DNA of 64,000 nt from Tubulanus polymorphus (lineage: Eukaryota; Animalia; Nemertea). The stretch's first letter is position 1; every line of letters begins with the position of its first letter. Under the pieces are notes generated by a model. The model did not search any database and was not told the DNA's origin. It saw only the letters and a program-made list of their open reading frames with translations. The stretch is taken from assembly GCF_964204645.1 (NCBI RefSeq), contig NC_134027.1, forward strand, positions 17,508,560-17,572,559, in the 5' to 3' direction. The position numbers were made by a program, and so were the translations under genes. Positions 1-13,084 of this stretch are shown here, piece after piece.

Positions 1-867
1 TGCCCAAAAATATAAATTTTGGTCCGAATTCTGAGTCCTGTAGCTTCCTACTGGTTTGCTATTTCTCATTGCAATTTGTGATGGGTATTCTTTGGAAAGG
101 GTTGTTTTATACCTGAGACATGTATTTTTGGTCAGCCAATTATGATGCAATTAGCGGCCATCTTGGTGTCATCAGTACTTATTCGTAGGTGGGAAATAGT
201 TTTTCCACATTATATTGATACCTGGCATATTTTGTTACAACAATCAATTGGATAGTTGTAGCTCATAACGTGTTCTGTGATATTGGTGAGTTTCAAGGTC
301 ATTGGTTTTTGTATATGGCCACTAGGGGTTCGTTGAATAATACAGTAACTCAGTATTTCTATAATATATTTATATGTATGCATATTTTGTTACCACAATC
401 AATTGCAAGGTTGTAGCTGATGACATTGTCTATGATTCTGGTGACTTTTAAGGGCGTTAGTATTCTATATGGTCACCAGGGGGCGTTGAATAGTAGAATA
501 ACTTTGTATATCCTTATTATATTGGTACCTAGGCATATTTTGTTACCATGATCAATCACAAAAATCTAGTTCATGACATGTTCTATGATTGTGGTGAGTT
601 TCAAGGTCATTGGGTTTTGCATCTGGTCACCAGGGGGCATTGAATAGTAGAATAACTTAGTATTTTCATATTAAATTTGTAACGAGGCATATTTTGTTAT
701 CACAATCAATTATTAATCGTAGCTGCTGACATGTTCTTTGATTTTGATGAGTTTCAAGGTCATTGGGCTTTGTATATGGCCACCAGGGCGCATTGAATAT
801 TGAAATTTTAGATTGTTGAGCTTTTGAAACCACTTCCCAAGTCGGCGTGCTGTCCCTGGACCCCTAG
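1..867 (+). mobile_element. Non-autonomous Helentron/Helitron-like element, family H1, with about four 154-bp tandem units (5' part outside the window)
   Basis: Unit motif ggtgagtttcaaggtc recurs at about 285, 440, 593 and 746; 3' end gtccctggacccCTAG followed by a T-run; several other copies in the window. Confidence 0.7.
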
Positions 868-871
868 TTTT

Positions 872-2211
872 AAATATTTCCCTAAATTATTAGAAAATGT
901 TGATAGTAAGACCGTGGAAAAGTTTTTATCGTTGAATGGGCGAATCACGGCGGCAGAGTGCACCTGTGATAAGGCGGAAATAGTTCCATATGAGGGCAAA
1001 GCTTTTAAATGATTAGACAGTCAGAGGTGGTTTATCAACTTTTTTGAACAATAGTGCTGCTATTTTCCCAAGCAAATTGCTAGATTTCGATCTTTTCTCA
1101 TAAGTCAACACTTGTAATTCAAGTGTGATTTGATGTGCGTAGAGATACATTATGACCAGCGTAATGAATGACGGCGCCGTGTTTAAGCTGCGCGTCAATC
1201 GTTGAAGAGTGGAATTATAGGCTGGAATTATCTTGATTGTATCCATACGAGGTTTATTAAAGGTTAGTGTCCACAAATGGTCCATTATAGTCCCTCTAAT
1301 TTATGTGGAGAGACGCTCTTAACCAGGAAAACTGGTCTGTTTTGTGTTATCGTGGCCTATGTGACTGACCTTGCTTGAGCGTTCGTTGCCTGCGCACCGC
1401 GTCAAAGTTATGATTGTTAATGACATACAACAAGTAAACCTTTAAGGAAAGGTACCTAGTGTCTGATATTCTGCTGAAAAATTCTGGATTTATTCACCAT
1501 ATAGTTTTTTCGTTGTGAGTATTTTTATGCCCCGGCTCAACTTGAGTTGAGAGGGATTGTCGGCGGATTGTTTTCAAATATGGTACACAAGTGGGGTATC
1601 ACTTGGGTCAGAACCCTATCTAGAATTGGGTTGATTCGATTCAAATTATGGCCAACAGGGGAAAAAGACTTTAACCGCCTAGAGGCCGCAATTGTTGACA
1701 TATATATTTGAAACTTGGTACACAAGTAGGACATCACTTGGGCCAGATTCCTATTTAAAATTGGGTCGATTCATTTAAATTACGGCCACCAGGGGGGCCG
1801 ACATGAAAAACGATGTTAACAGCCAAAAGGCCGCAATTTGTAACCAATTCATTTCAAAAACTTGGTACATTAGTAGGATATCACCAAACCCTATTTGAAA
1901 TTGGGTTGATTCGATTCAAATTATGGCCACCAGGGGGCCGACATAAAAAACAACATTTTCACAGAGGCCACAATTGTTGACCGATTCAAATTATGGCCAT
2001 CAGGGGAAGACAGCCTAGAGGCCGCCACTGTTTTTTACACTTTGTACACACGTTCTCTAATATCATTCTTATTGAAATAATTGTGGGCTCGATATTTCTA
2101 ACACATTTACCACAAACCCTGTAACATCAGGTGGCAGTGAATTTCAGGCCAGGGGCATTCAAGGCTTTGCCTCATTCTAGTAGTATATGAATCAATTAAA
2201 ATGATTGACAG
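872..2211. repeat. Unclassified dispersed repeat (copy 1), interrupted by element H2 at 1527-2180
   Basis: 872-1526 plus 2182-2211 align colinearly with 39361-40077. Confidence 0.85.
1527..2180 (+). mobile_element. Non-autonomous Helentron-like element, family H2, with about 140-146-bp tandem core
   Basis: 5' atgcccc and 3' ggggcat subterminal inverted repeat, 5' hairpin ctcaact-tg-agttgag, 3' hairpin aggc-ttt-gcct then CTAG; inserted in a T-run without TSD (empty site near 40044). Confidence 0.8.
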
Positions 2212-4629
2212 GACTGCCGCATGCAAAGAACCAGGATGGTAGCTATGGATTCCTTCAGGGATTTATAACAAGAACAATATTTTTGATGGTTGATTTTCCA
2301 TAAAACTTTACAAAAACTCTAAGTTCTTTTCCAAACGTTGAACACCACAACAGTGATTATATTTACACGTTGTTTATCCTAAATTGACCCTTCGTGCAAT
2401 ATAGCGATGGTTATTTGCTGGCGCTGTAGTTTCTTTGGAATTGACTTATTTACAAGCCAGCCTCAGTCTACTGTGATATTTTATGCGTAAGTTTATTAAT
2501 GACCGGTTGATCTACCTGATTACGCATTAGTAAGGATTTGCATTCAGAAAAATCATTCTTTTGTTGTTTTCATTAATCGGCAATATGGCCTAATAGTATA
2601 AATTCACGCAAGAAAAACTGCAGTCAGTCGAGATGACCCTTATAGTTGTACTTCGTTCATACGAATCATATAGGCTGAAATTATTGTGTTAAATGGGTTT
2701 CATATTACCCAAATCGTGATTGATATAAATATCTTGGCTTGGACATGCTGGAAAATATCGGATTAAACTACTTTCTTAAAACTCTTTCCATGCGACTTCC
2801 CTAAAAACCAGATCCTGAGATTTTACAAACTTTATTTCGAAAAAAAATTTTTTTCAAAAAATATTGGCTTCTCAAACTTCTAGACGGTCTAATACGCTTC
2901 CCTACACTAAAATATGATGATTCAGCTTGTTTCTGATGATCTAGCTATTCTGGGGTCGTTAGGGGCCCCCAAAATGTCCAAAAAAAAATTTTGACCTACT
3001 TTCGGGTCATTCGGGTACCCCTACCCCTAACTGCAGCTTCATATTCTCTCTATATATCTTCATTATATCCACTGCGTCATGTATAGACACCGTATACCAG
3101 CCGCTGTGTCTATTTATAAAGCTTTCAATTTTGCCCTACTTTGTTTACACAACTTTACCTCAATTCACCGATAATGACTTTCGTGACCTACATAGATTTT
3201 ATTCATACACCCGCCAGCGAACTCGAACAAAAACAAGTCCCTGGGGTTGCCAGGACTACCAGGCATACATACAAGCCGTATAAGCTTTATACATTGCCAT
3301 TTAGACAGTAAGGGGATAAGTAGGTCAAACACCTGTGACGTGGCGCCACACCGCGCAAAAACAAAGCGTTCTGGAGACTGTGTCGTCCGGTCACAGTTAG
3401 CATGGAAAGAATAGCATTAATGAGGTTTGACAATTGCATAGGCTAAACTCAATCGTTTGGCAGAAAAATTTAATTCATTTTCAGCATAAAAAAACAAATT
3501 AAGACAAACATTAAGACAAATTGACCTTTAGTCCATGGTTCTCCCAACCAACATCATCATTGAACATTCGTTTGTAGATGGAAAACATTAACCACTTGAT
3601 ACCTTACAACAGTATAACCTACCAATGCTTCAAGGCCCATGGGTCTCTAGTCTTATCCTGTTATACTGTGTTCTAGGAAGCATTTAACAAACTAAAGCAC
3701 CAGTCATTCATCATTTCATAACATGAAACGAGGAATTGGGATCAATTAGAATGGATATGCCATACTACATACTACATGTACATAGATCAAGTCACAGTTT
3801 GGTGAACAACTACCACAAAAATGCTGACATCGCCGATTTTTTTACCAGCATGTTTGTCTTTCCTTGTAGAAGGGCACACGGAAGACTTTAATTATTTCGT
3901 CCTTGAAAGCGAACAAAACAAAATAGTCCCAAAAGTTCTTCAGGGCTAATAACCCGCTAGAACATTCTGGCTAATTATTACTTTAGCTTTATGTTTGTTT
4001 GTCCAATCATTTCAGTGTCAAATTTTACACTGAATGCCTCTTTAAGCAGAACAGCTGGAGGCGAAAAAATATGGTAGTTGAATAACTTATTGAAACTTTA
4101 TTGAAAATTTTTTCAAAAATATTGCTATATTTAATCTAAATAAAAAAAGGTAATAACTGCTATGCATATGTAAGTATAGCTACATTGTTTTATATCGAAA
4201 AGTCCTGCTACAATAGATTTCACTGAAAATTTGGAATAACAGTTTCAAATAAGATCCAATGAAATTAGATTTGCCGTACATTGTAGTGCATATAGACCAG
4301 CAGAAACCATGTCTTCATTGTAGATAGTTTGCACCACTCAAACTTTTCTAACACAAACTGAAATCCCACAAAATGTACCAAATAATTTCAGGCACAATCA
4401 GAACACAAATAGGCAGTTGTGTTCTATATGGATACCACCAACAGTTTACTGAACATGGAATTAATGCATAAGCCTACAAAAAACATAGTGGACGGGCTGG
4501 AATTCATTTCGTCAAACCTTTCAAGATTCGGATTACCCAAAGACCTGATTAGAAACATAGTTTGCATACTGGATGAAGTTTACGGAGACAATATGATGAA
4601 AGCAATTTGCAATATATCTATCAAACAAC

Positions 4630-4970
4630 GTCTAAAGGTGTTATTATTGAACGCTTGCTCTTTGCTTAATAAGACTATACTCTAGACAGTGAACATGTCT
4701 TTGAAAGGAAAGTTGACATTGCCCTGTTCACTGAAACTTGGATTAATGATTCCGTAACAAATTTACATTGTTGGTGTTGGTGATATCGCCCCAACTGGTT
4801 ATTCATTTCTTGATTAGTCCACTCCACTGGTCGATGTGGTGGTGTTGAATGTTTGTTCAAGAAAAGTGTTATCCGAGACCCAGTACCTATGTGGGGAGTA
4901 AGAGGTTTTTGAGCACATGGAAGTAACAGTTAAAGCATCGAACTGTGAGTTCTTTTAGCTATAATCTAAC
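4630..4970 (+). pseudogene. Relic apurinic-endonuclease domain of a non-LTR retrotransposon
   Basis: Broken frames give LLNACSLLNK, VDIALFTETW and RCGGV, matching the APE motifs N..S..NK, D....TETW and GGGV. Confidence 0.55.
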
Positions 4971-4999
4971 CCATGAAAGTTGCTTTTACTTGGATGGTA

Positions 5000-5350
5000 A
5001 TTAGTCATACCAGAGACTCTGCGTAAACAGCCCCGAGCCGTTAAAACAAATCAAATTGCCTACACCTACATTGCATGATACTGCCGCTGATTTATGGGTC
5101 CGATGCCTGGAGTCAAATATGTACTAGCAGTTGTAGATTACTTCACTAGATTTTTCAAAGTTGCGATAATGACTGAAATTACGTCGAAGGTTATCGAAGA
5201 GCTGGAGAAAATATTTGCTGTATTTAGGCTTCCACCCTCGATAAAAACCGATAACAGGAGACAGTTTGTATCCGACGGTGAATTCAAAAGACAAAATCGT
5301 TCGATGTTAAAAGCTATGCATATGGCACATGCTGAAAGCGAAAGATTACA
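5000..5350 (+). pseudogene. Gypsy-type integrase fragment with internal deletion
   Basis: DLMGP..YVLAVVDYFTRF..LP.SIKTDN..QFVS integrase core motifs in ORF 5094..5417. Confidence 0.75.
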
Positions 5351-5760
5351 AATCAGTTTCAAAGATCACGAATTATATTGCTGTAATGGTTTATTAGTTA
5401 AATTGACCTTGACCTAAAAGGGCAAAATAACCTCTGGTCTATGGCTAGTCTCTTTTAGAAGTAGAGCGACCTGTTGTCTAATGCTGTTAATCTTAATAAC
5501 ACAGAGCAAGTTTATAATGCTTTCTCCACACTTAGTAATGCCATTTCAATTGGATGCATAACAAAATATTAAGACAAATGATTTTAGAGCAGATTTTGCA
5601 ATATGGAGCTATAAAATACACCCACTTTCTGTAAGTTGCTCATAAAGTTGTGCATGCACTCTTCAACGTTTTTGCAAACTGCGCATGCACAGCAGATATT
5701 TCTGCTAATACGAATATGTTTAAATCATATTCCAATGAAGGCATGGGCGGAAATTTTTGC

Positions 5761-6546
5761 AGGAATCCAGTTATTTTGGGACGTTTAAATGACGCTTCAA
5801 TGTTATGTCTTGATATTTGGGTTTCACATGTATCTACCGTAGACAACACATCTTAAGCCAAAAAACTGGCACTGCCAGAATCAAGATGGCCGACTGGCAG
5901 CCATTGTTGTCCGCCAAAACCAGTATTTTTCACACATTTTTGAGGGAAATTGTGAAGACACCTTGATCTTTCGTATATATTTGAATTGCCCAAGGGCCCA
6001 TCAGGTTAAGAAAAATTGGGTCGAGCGGACTCGAGATGGCCGACCTGTAACCCTTTTTTTGTGCCCATAAATGTCAATTTTGGCCGGAAATCTGGGTCCT
6101 GTAGCTTCCTACTGGTTTGCCATTTTTCATTTCGATTTGTGATGGGTATTCTTTGGAAAGAGATGTTTTATCGCTGAGACAGGTAGTTTTGATCAGCCAA
6201 TTATAGCGCAATTGGCGGTCATCTTGGTGTCATCAGTACTCATTCGTAGGTGGAAAAATGTTTTTCCACATTATATCGATACCTAAGCATATTTTGTTAC
6301 CACAATCAATTAGAAAGTTGTAGCCCATAACGTGTTCTATGATTGTGGTGAGTTTCAAGGTCATTGGTTTTTGTAAATGGCCACCAGAGTGCATTGAATT
6401 ATACAGTAACTTTGTATATGTACATGTATCATATATCGTTACCACAATCAATTGCAAAGTTGAAGCTCATGACATGGTCTATGATTGTGGTGAGTTTTAA
6501 GGTCATTGAAAACTTCCCAAGTGGGCATGTTGTCCCTGGACCTTAG
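5761..6546 (+). mobile_element. Helentron-like family H1 copy
   Basis: Same body as 1-867 with two tandem units; ends gtccctggaccTTAG followed by ttt. Confidence 0.75.
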
Positions 6547-7018
6547 TTTCTCTTTTTCTGTTTGTTTTTTTGTCTTGTATAAACTCTTTATTGTAACAAC
6601 TTAAGGATCAATAAAGAACTTTGAATTTGAATTTATTAGACGGTCAAATGAATCCCCCAAATTCAATGTAATCCCTCCCCTAACCCAATAAAATTTATCG
6701 AAATCTTTGTGCCATGGTAAATGAGAAATTTTAATAATACCTCGCGAGCTGTTTTCTCAACCGTATATATTGCATATATGATAGATTTTATGAAGTAAGT
6801 CATGGAAGAATGAAGCGTGCAGCAACTGATAATGCCCAATAGGTAACAAAAAGTTGTGTCAGACATTTAAGGATTTCTATTCACATTTGTATCCATGTTT
6901 AACAGCGTCTAGGAAAGGTGACATTTACGTTTCCTTGTTCATTTTTCATCATGATCTGATGCCAAAATATGTCTGTACGCACAGCTAGCTAAAAAAGCTA
7001 CTTCACTGTTGAGGGAAC

Positions 7019-7409
7019 TGTTGCAGACTGAGACAACATGAAAAGATAAATGCTGCGGCGTAATTTCAAACTGGTGTTTATTACCGTTTTCTACAATACA
7101 AATTAACATTTCTCATTATATGAATATGTCATAAATGCAATAACTGAATTACAGAATTAATGTACTTGTATATATGTACTTACAAATCGTACGTCTAATC
7201 GCCAACATGACATTCGGTGAGTAACATACAGAGTATTACTACTGGTGACATATCAGTACCTGTTTATATACTAGTCAAACCGTCACACACAGTGAGCGGC
7301 TTAGGATAAGCTATTGTGAATACAATATATGCCTTGATATTACAATAATCCTACATAGAAAACTACAAACTGGAATAACATGATAATACTCTAAACATAA
7401 AATCTAACA
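7019..7409 (-). repeat. 3' LTR of the BEL/Pao element
   Basis: Direct repeat of 13085-13475, adjacent to the PPT. Confidence 0.97.
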
Positions 7410-7566
7410 GCGCCCCCTTGACACCAGTTACAAATAATGGTGTCAATCAAATAGTTACGATTAATGGCTTAACAACAGTTATAAAGAATTTTAAGTACTT
7501 TTCAGACACACAAAACAAAATCGGATTTCTGAAGCAACATGCATTTAAATTCATTTGTAACAATAA

Positions 7567-10500
7567 TTAAGACACAGATTCTTCAAGGACACAAACCTTG
7601 GTCACGGGCTGTAAATACTCAGATCTGTCTGAGGTTCGAATCGTTACAGTTCGCAATCTGCCATCTTTACTTGGGATTGTGCAAACTACACGACCCAAGG
7701 ACCAACGTGTCCTTGGCAAGTTTTCATCAACTAAAAGAACTAAATTATTAACTTTGACATTTTTACAATCACCAAACCATTTACCTCTTGCAGTGAGGGT
7801 CGGAAGGTATTCCTGCTGCCACCGTCGCCAAAAGTGATCAGCTATAATTTGTGACTGACGCCATTTTTTGCGACTATTAATTTCTTGCGTCTTGAATCTA
7901 CCTGGAGGCATTACGTCGCTGGCGCCCCCATGTAAAAAGTGATTCGGAGTGATTGCTGTGAAATCATTAGCATCACTACTGTTGTACGTAAGTGGGCGGC
8001 TATTTATCGTCTCTTCTACTTTTATAAGCGCTGAATGCAATACTGAATCTGATACACAATTACCCTTTAGGACTACCCTAAGTGTTCTCTTTACAGAACG
8101 AACTAGCCGCTCCCATGCCCCTCCAAAATGTGGAGCATGAGGGGGTATAAAATGCCAAATGATACCCTTCTGAAGTAAGAACGAATTAATACATTTTTGA
8201 TTCCAATCTTTTAGAACATTTTTCAATTCCTTTTCTGCCCCAACAAAGTTCGAGCCATTGTCACTGAATAATTCCTGAGGTAAACCCCGACGACCAATAA
8301 AAGTTTCTTAAAACTATTATAAAGTCATTTGTACTTAAAGATTCGGCTAACTCTAAATGAACAGCTCGTGTGACGAGACATGTAAAAATACATCCCCATC
8401 GTTTAATCAAAGACCTTCCTCTTTTAGTTAACATAGGACCAAAATAGTCTATACCGGTATATTGAAATGGTCGAGAAAATCCGGATACGCGACAGGTTTG
8501 TAGGTCCGCCATAAGCGGGATGTTGGGTGATACACTACGTCTATGACAAACTCGACAGTCACGTATGACCCTTTTAGCAATACACCTCGCCCTCACGGGC
8601 CAAAATCTTAGACGAGTAGAAGCAACAACGTGCTCCGTCCCAGCATGATGCACCTTTTGATGCATGTATTGACTACTAGATAAGACACATGGTGACTGGA
8701 AAATCTGATGTTTAGCTTCAGCACCAATCGGTGCATTACATAATCTACCCCCTACTCTAATGAAATCTCCATCATAAAATGGGCAAAGATTTCTAATTGA
8801 GCTTTGCTTTGAAACTTTCTTACGGGCAACCAAAGACCGAATTTCATCACTATAAACATCTCGTTGCGCATCAATGAGTAGTACAGACTCCGCTTCATTG
8901 AGTTCTTCAAGGCGCAGACACAGATCAGTAATTGGTGACATTTGGATGGAAGAACAACCTGCAGCAAAATTCTTAATTGCTCTCAAAATCCAAGCTGCCT
9001 TACGGCTCAGAACGTAATAAGACGAAAACGTATTCGTGTCGATTAGACCTGTAAGTGTCATTCTATTGAGATTCAATGAACGAGTGTTCACTACACTGGA
9101 ACACGTATTATTTGCACATTTACTCGGATGAGGCGCTTTCTTACGTAGATTGACATCATCACTAGATACACTGACAGTATCAATAGGATACTGTGGCCAA
9201 GAATCCTCCCTAGACCTAAGAAATGCTGGACCTAATAACCAGCGATGATCAGCACATAGCTGAGATGCTGATAAACCCCGTGTACAATCATCAGGATTTT
9301 CAGCTGATTTTAAGTAATGCCAATCACTGGGATTCGAACTTTCTCGAATCTCTGACACCCTGACAGCTACAAAAGTCTTGAACCGTGTCGATTCATTATT
9401 AATGTAATGAAGCACAGTTACAGAGTCTGTCCATAAGACTACTCTAGAGAATGAAAGCGATCTAAGTTCCGTTAAAACTGATTGAACCAGTCTTACTGAC
9501 ATGACTGCACCCTGCAGTTCAAGTTTAGGGATTGTCAGTTTCTGTTTTATCGGGGCTACATGCATTTTATTCGCTACGAACGGACACAAGAGAACATCAC
9601 CGCTTTCACTCAAAATACGCATATACAAAACTACCAAACCCGGACTCTGAAGCATCTGAAAATGCATGCAATTCAATCACAGAATTTTTTGGTTGCGGAC
9701 CGAAATAATGCGGTATACTGAAATAATTTAGGGTACATAATTCTGACTGCCAGTTATGCCATCTATCTAATAACAGACCCTCAATTCGTTCATCCCAATC
9801 TAACCCTGATCTCCAGAGATCCTGGATCAAACATTTAGGTCTAAAGGTGAACGGGGAGAGAAACCCTATGGGGTCAAATATTGAACACACAGAACTAAGT
9901 ACAGCCCGTTTAGTAGGTGGACGATCATGCAGTACAGGGCTAAATACAAACTGATCAGAATTTACATTCCACCTGATGCCCAAAGCCCTCTCAATCGGAA
10001 GGTCGTCAAAATCTAAATTAAGCTTCGGGTTGGACCGCTCGTTTTCTGGAAATGCATTCAAAACTTTCCGGCTAGTTGAAATCCACTTAGTTAAATGAAA
10101 TCCACCCTTGCTAACAATTGTTGACACTTCAAACCCTAACTCAATAGCACTCTTGTCATCATTTTCGGAGGCTAATAAATCATCTACATAGAAATCATCC
10201 AATACGACATTTACAGCACTCAAAGAACGAGAATCTATATTGTCCAGTGCAGAACGCTTTAGTGCATAGTTTGCACAACACGGAGAATCTTTTGCTCCAA
10301 ATATATGAACATTCATCTTATAGATATCAGGCGGCCCTGGGACACTAATATCTTCTTTCCAAAAGAATCTGAGAGAATGCGAATCTGTCTGAGGTACGCG
10401 AACCTGGTGAAACATAGCCTGTACATCAGAAACGATTGCTATTGGACCTATCCGAAATCTTTGTATAACACCAAAAAGACTGTTTAAAAGGTCTGGACCC

Positions 10501-10920
10501 CTTTAGAAGTTCACTGTTAAGACTAACACCCTCTATAGCAGCAGCAGCAGCAGCAGCATCAAAAACCATTCGAACTTTCCCTGGTTTGTTCGGGTTCGGC
10601 ACACAATGATGAGGAATATACCAAATCCGTGACCCTGAAAACGCTAACTCACTCTCCGTTAACTTAGAAGCATACCTGTTAGATATATAGCCATTCAGAG
10701 TTTCACTATAAGCTAAACCTTTATCCTCGAAACCTTTCAACCTACACTCTAAATTTCTATATCGACTTAATGCCAAATTCCTACTATCAGGAAAAACTGA
10801 ATCATCTGATTTCCATAACATGCCTATTTCATAATGACCCTCAACGAGTCTTGTAGATTCTTTTAGAATTTTTTCACACCTTTGATCCTCGATAGACACT
10901 TTAGACTCCTTAAAAGCCAC
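7567..10920 (-). pseudogene. pol: BEL/Pao pol (RT, RNase H, integrase) split by frameshifts into four ORFs
   Basis: WYIPHH and KVRMVFDA, FYVDDLL (RT); LHAFSDAS and TIPKLEL (RNase H); GIDYFGP and PHFGGAWERLVRSVK (integrase). Confidence 0.93.
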
Positions 10921-13064
10921 ACCAAATCAGTATCAGTATCCCAGGAACGTTCAACTAAATTATCAAGAGATGACTCTTCAGAGTCAGTATTGTTTACAAT
11001 GGCCTGACATGAATCAGTAAGCAAAAGCGATGATGAACCCAAAATACACCAGCCTAGGGGGGTTCGAATCCCCACTGGTTGTTGATCGGAGAGCCCTTCC
11101 TGAATTTCAAGCTGAACATGTGCACGGGGAACATTAGCGCCAATTAAAATCTTTACTTCACTTCGATTGACATCTGCAATTGGCAAATCTTCCAAATGTT
11201 TAAATTGTGATTGACAAAGAGCCTTATTCTGAGTTTGGCATCGAAATGAACCAGATTTTGTATACGCCGACCCCACTACTAGTATATCAGATTTAGTACA
11301 TGGAGCATTCAAAGCCCTCAGTTTGAACGACACACATTGAGAGTTTTCAGTAACGCTTGTTGACAGGGTATTAATGGTAAGGCTTTGCTTCTTACCCTTT
11401 AAACCCAATTCTTGAGCTAATTCATCGTTGATAAGGCTTATGTCACTAGCTGAATCCAGCAACGCATGAGTGGCGACGGTGCGACCATTCTTTCCAATCA
11501 CTGCAACAGGTATCACCTGAAAATAGACATTTGATGTATTACGCGTTTGATTGCTCGAATTACCTACTTCTTCCTTTGAATTTGATTTAACAATATTTTG
11601 CCTAAAATCTGATTTATGCAAACTAGTGTGATGTCTTCTACCGCAGCCTCTTATCTTACAAACGATAGCAGATGGACAGTTAGCAACAACATGACTGGGA
11701 TATAAACAATTATAGCATAAACGATTTCGTCTGACAATATCATATCGATCACCTATGATTTGTCCTACGTATAACTGACACCTTGACAAATGATGAAACT
11801 CTTCACAAAGTGGGCACTTAGAATTACCTTTCTCAGTGTAAGCGTTTAAAGTAGTGTGTTTTACTGAGTTGGCTCTACCTGGAAATGTATCTACAGTATT
11901 AGATCTAGATTTATATGGAATAGCGTATGGCCCGAACTCAGAATCAACACAATCTTTAAGAAATCGCTGAAGATCATATAAAGTAGCTTCACGCATTCTG
12001 GATACATTTCGCACAAAATCATTCCATTTTGCCCGCTTTTCAGTTGGAATTCTGCGTGATGCTTTTTCCAACAGATCACTACTCCCTAATTCATAACAGT
12101 AGTTAAGCTGACCAAGGGTAGTGATACAATCCCTGACAGATACATAAAAATCTCTCAAAGCAACAGAGTCCCCTGAGCGAACTTGCAATCCCGAAGTTAC
12201 ACAATTAATGTATGCACGCGCAACAGTTACACGATGCCCAAATGCAAATTTAAGCTCTTGCAGAGCTTGAGCGTATATCTTAGCACTATAACCTAAACCC
12301 TGGATGAGCTTTTTTGCCTCACCTTTTACGTGTGATTGCAGTAGATCCATTCGTCGTAGATCTCTAATGTCCGGCCGTAAATGCACCTTGGCGTGAAACT
12401 GCTCCACGAATAGAGGCCACTGAAGAGGCGACCTGTCGAATATTGGCAGTTCCACTTTTGGCAGATCTCTGTCGGTGTTCAGTTTTGCTAACAGGACTTC
12501 CAATGATGAATCATCTGAACTCACGATGTTAGTTGTTTCAACTCCGTGCACTAATTCGTCGATCCATGCATCGACTGGTCTTGTCGCCATCAGTGGAGAT
12601 GATGGTGTGAATGGTGATGCATCAGGATTCAGGTGATCAGTCGGTACGGCATCTGGACTCGGGTTATCGGTTGGTGGAGCCTCTGGATTCAGATTATTGG
12701 TTGATGACGCTTGTGTTGGCTGCAATGTTGAATCTGAAGTTGTTGAGTTGTGTTTAGGGGTTTGACTTAACTCCGTCAAACCTGTCATAGCTTGCTGAAA
12801 ATATTTCTCCAGCCATTCTTCCGCGGCCTCAATTTCATCCGCATCTTCTAAAACTGAAACGTATGACTGGTGGGCCGACTGTAGTGATTTTAAACAGCCA
12901 GCAATACGTTGTTTCAACGATTCTCTGTAAAGATCTGACTGTTCTTTCGTTGATTTCACTTTCTCGAGCGAACCAGTAAGCCACCCTGCCAGGCTAGCAC
13001 GAGTGCCCTTTAATTTCTGTCTTCGTTGGGCTGTTGACGGTTGATCCTCATCTTGAGACATCAT
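10863..13064 (-). CDS. gag: BEL/Pao Gag and aspartic protease portion of the polyprotein
   Basis: LPKVELPIFD gag motif, three Zn knuckles (CPLCEEFHHLSRC, CYNCLYPSHVVANC, CKIRGCGRRHHTSLH), protease ALLDSASDISLI. Confidence 0.92.
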   Translation of the reverse strand: MMSQDEDQPSTAQRRQKLKGTRASLAGWLTGSLEKVKSTKEQSDLYRESLKQRIAGCLKSLQSAHQSYVSVLEDADEIEAAEEWLEKYFQQAMTGLTELSQTPKHNSTTSDSTLQPTQASSTNNLNPEAPPTDNPSPDAVPTDHLNPDASPFTPSSPLMATRPVDAWIDELVHGVETTNIVSSDDSSLEVLLAKLNTDRDLPKVELPIFDRSPLQWPLFVEQFHAKVHLRPDIRDLRRMDLLQSHVKGEAKKLIQGLGYSAKIYAQALQELKFAFGHRVTVARAYINCVTSGLQVRSGDSVALRDFYVSVRDCITTLGQLNYCYELGSSDLLEKASRRIPTEKRAKWNDFVRNVSRMREATLYDLQRFLKDCVDSEFGPYAIPYKSRSNTVDTFPGRANSVKHTTLNAYTEKGNSKCPLCEEFHHLSRCQLYVGQIIGDRYDIVRRNRLCYNCLYPSHVVANCPSAIVCKIRGCGRRHHTSLHKSDFRQNIVKSNSKEEVGNSSNQTRNTSNVYFQVIPVAVIGKNGRTVATHALLDSASDISLINDELAQELGLKGKKQSLTINTLSTSVTENSQCVSFKLRALNAPCTKSDILVVGSAYTKSGSFRCQTQNKALCQSQFKHLEDLPIADVNRSEVKILIGANVPRAHVQLEIQEGLSDQQPVGIRTPLGWCILGSSSLLLTDSCQAIVNNTDSEESSLDNLVERSWDTDTDLVWLLRSLKCLSRIKGVKKF

Positions 13065-13084
13065 ACAGCAGATTTAAAACTTTA

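Noticed and set aside
1-867. Regularly spaced repeats resembling a CRISPR array
   Set aside because: Whole 140-155-bp monomers repeat with no unique spacers, there are no cas genes, and the context is eukaryotic.
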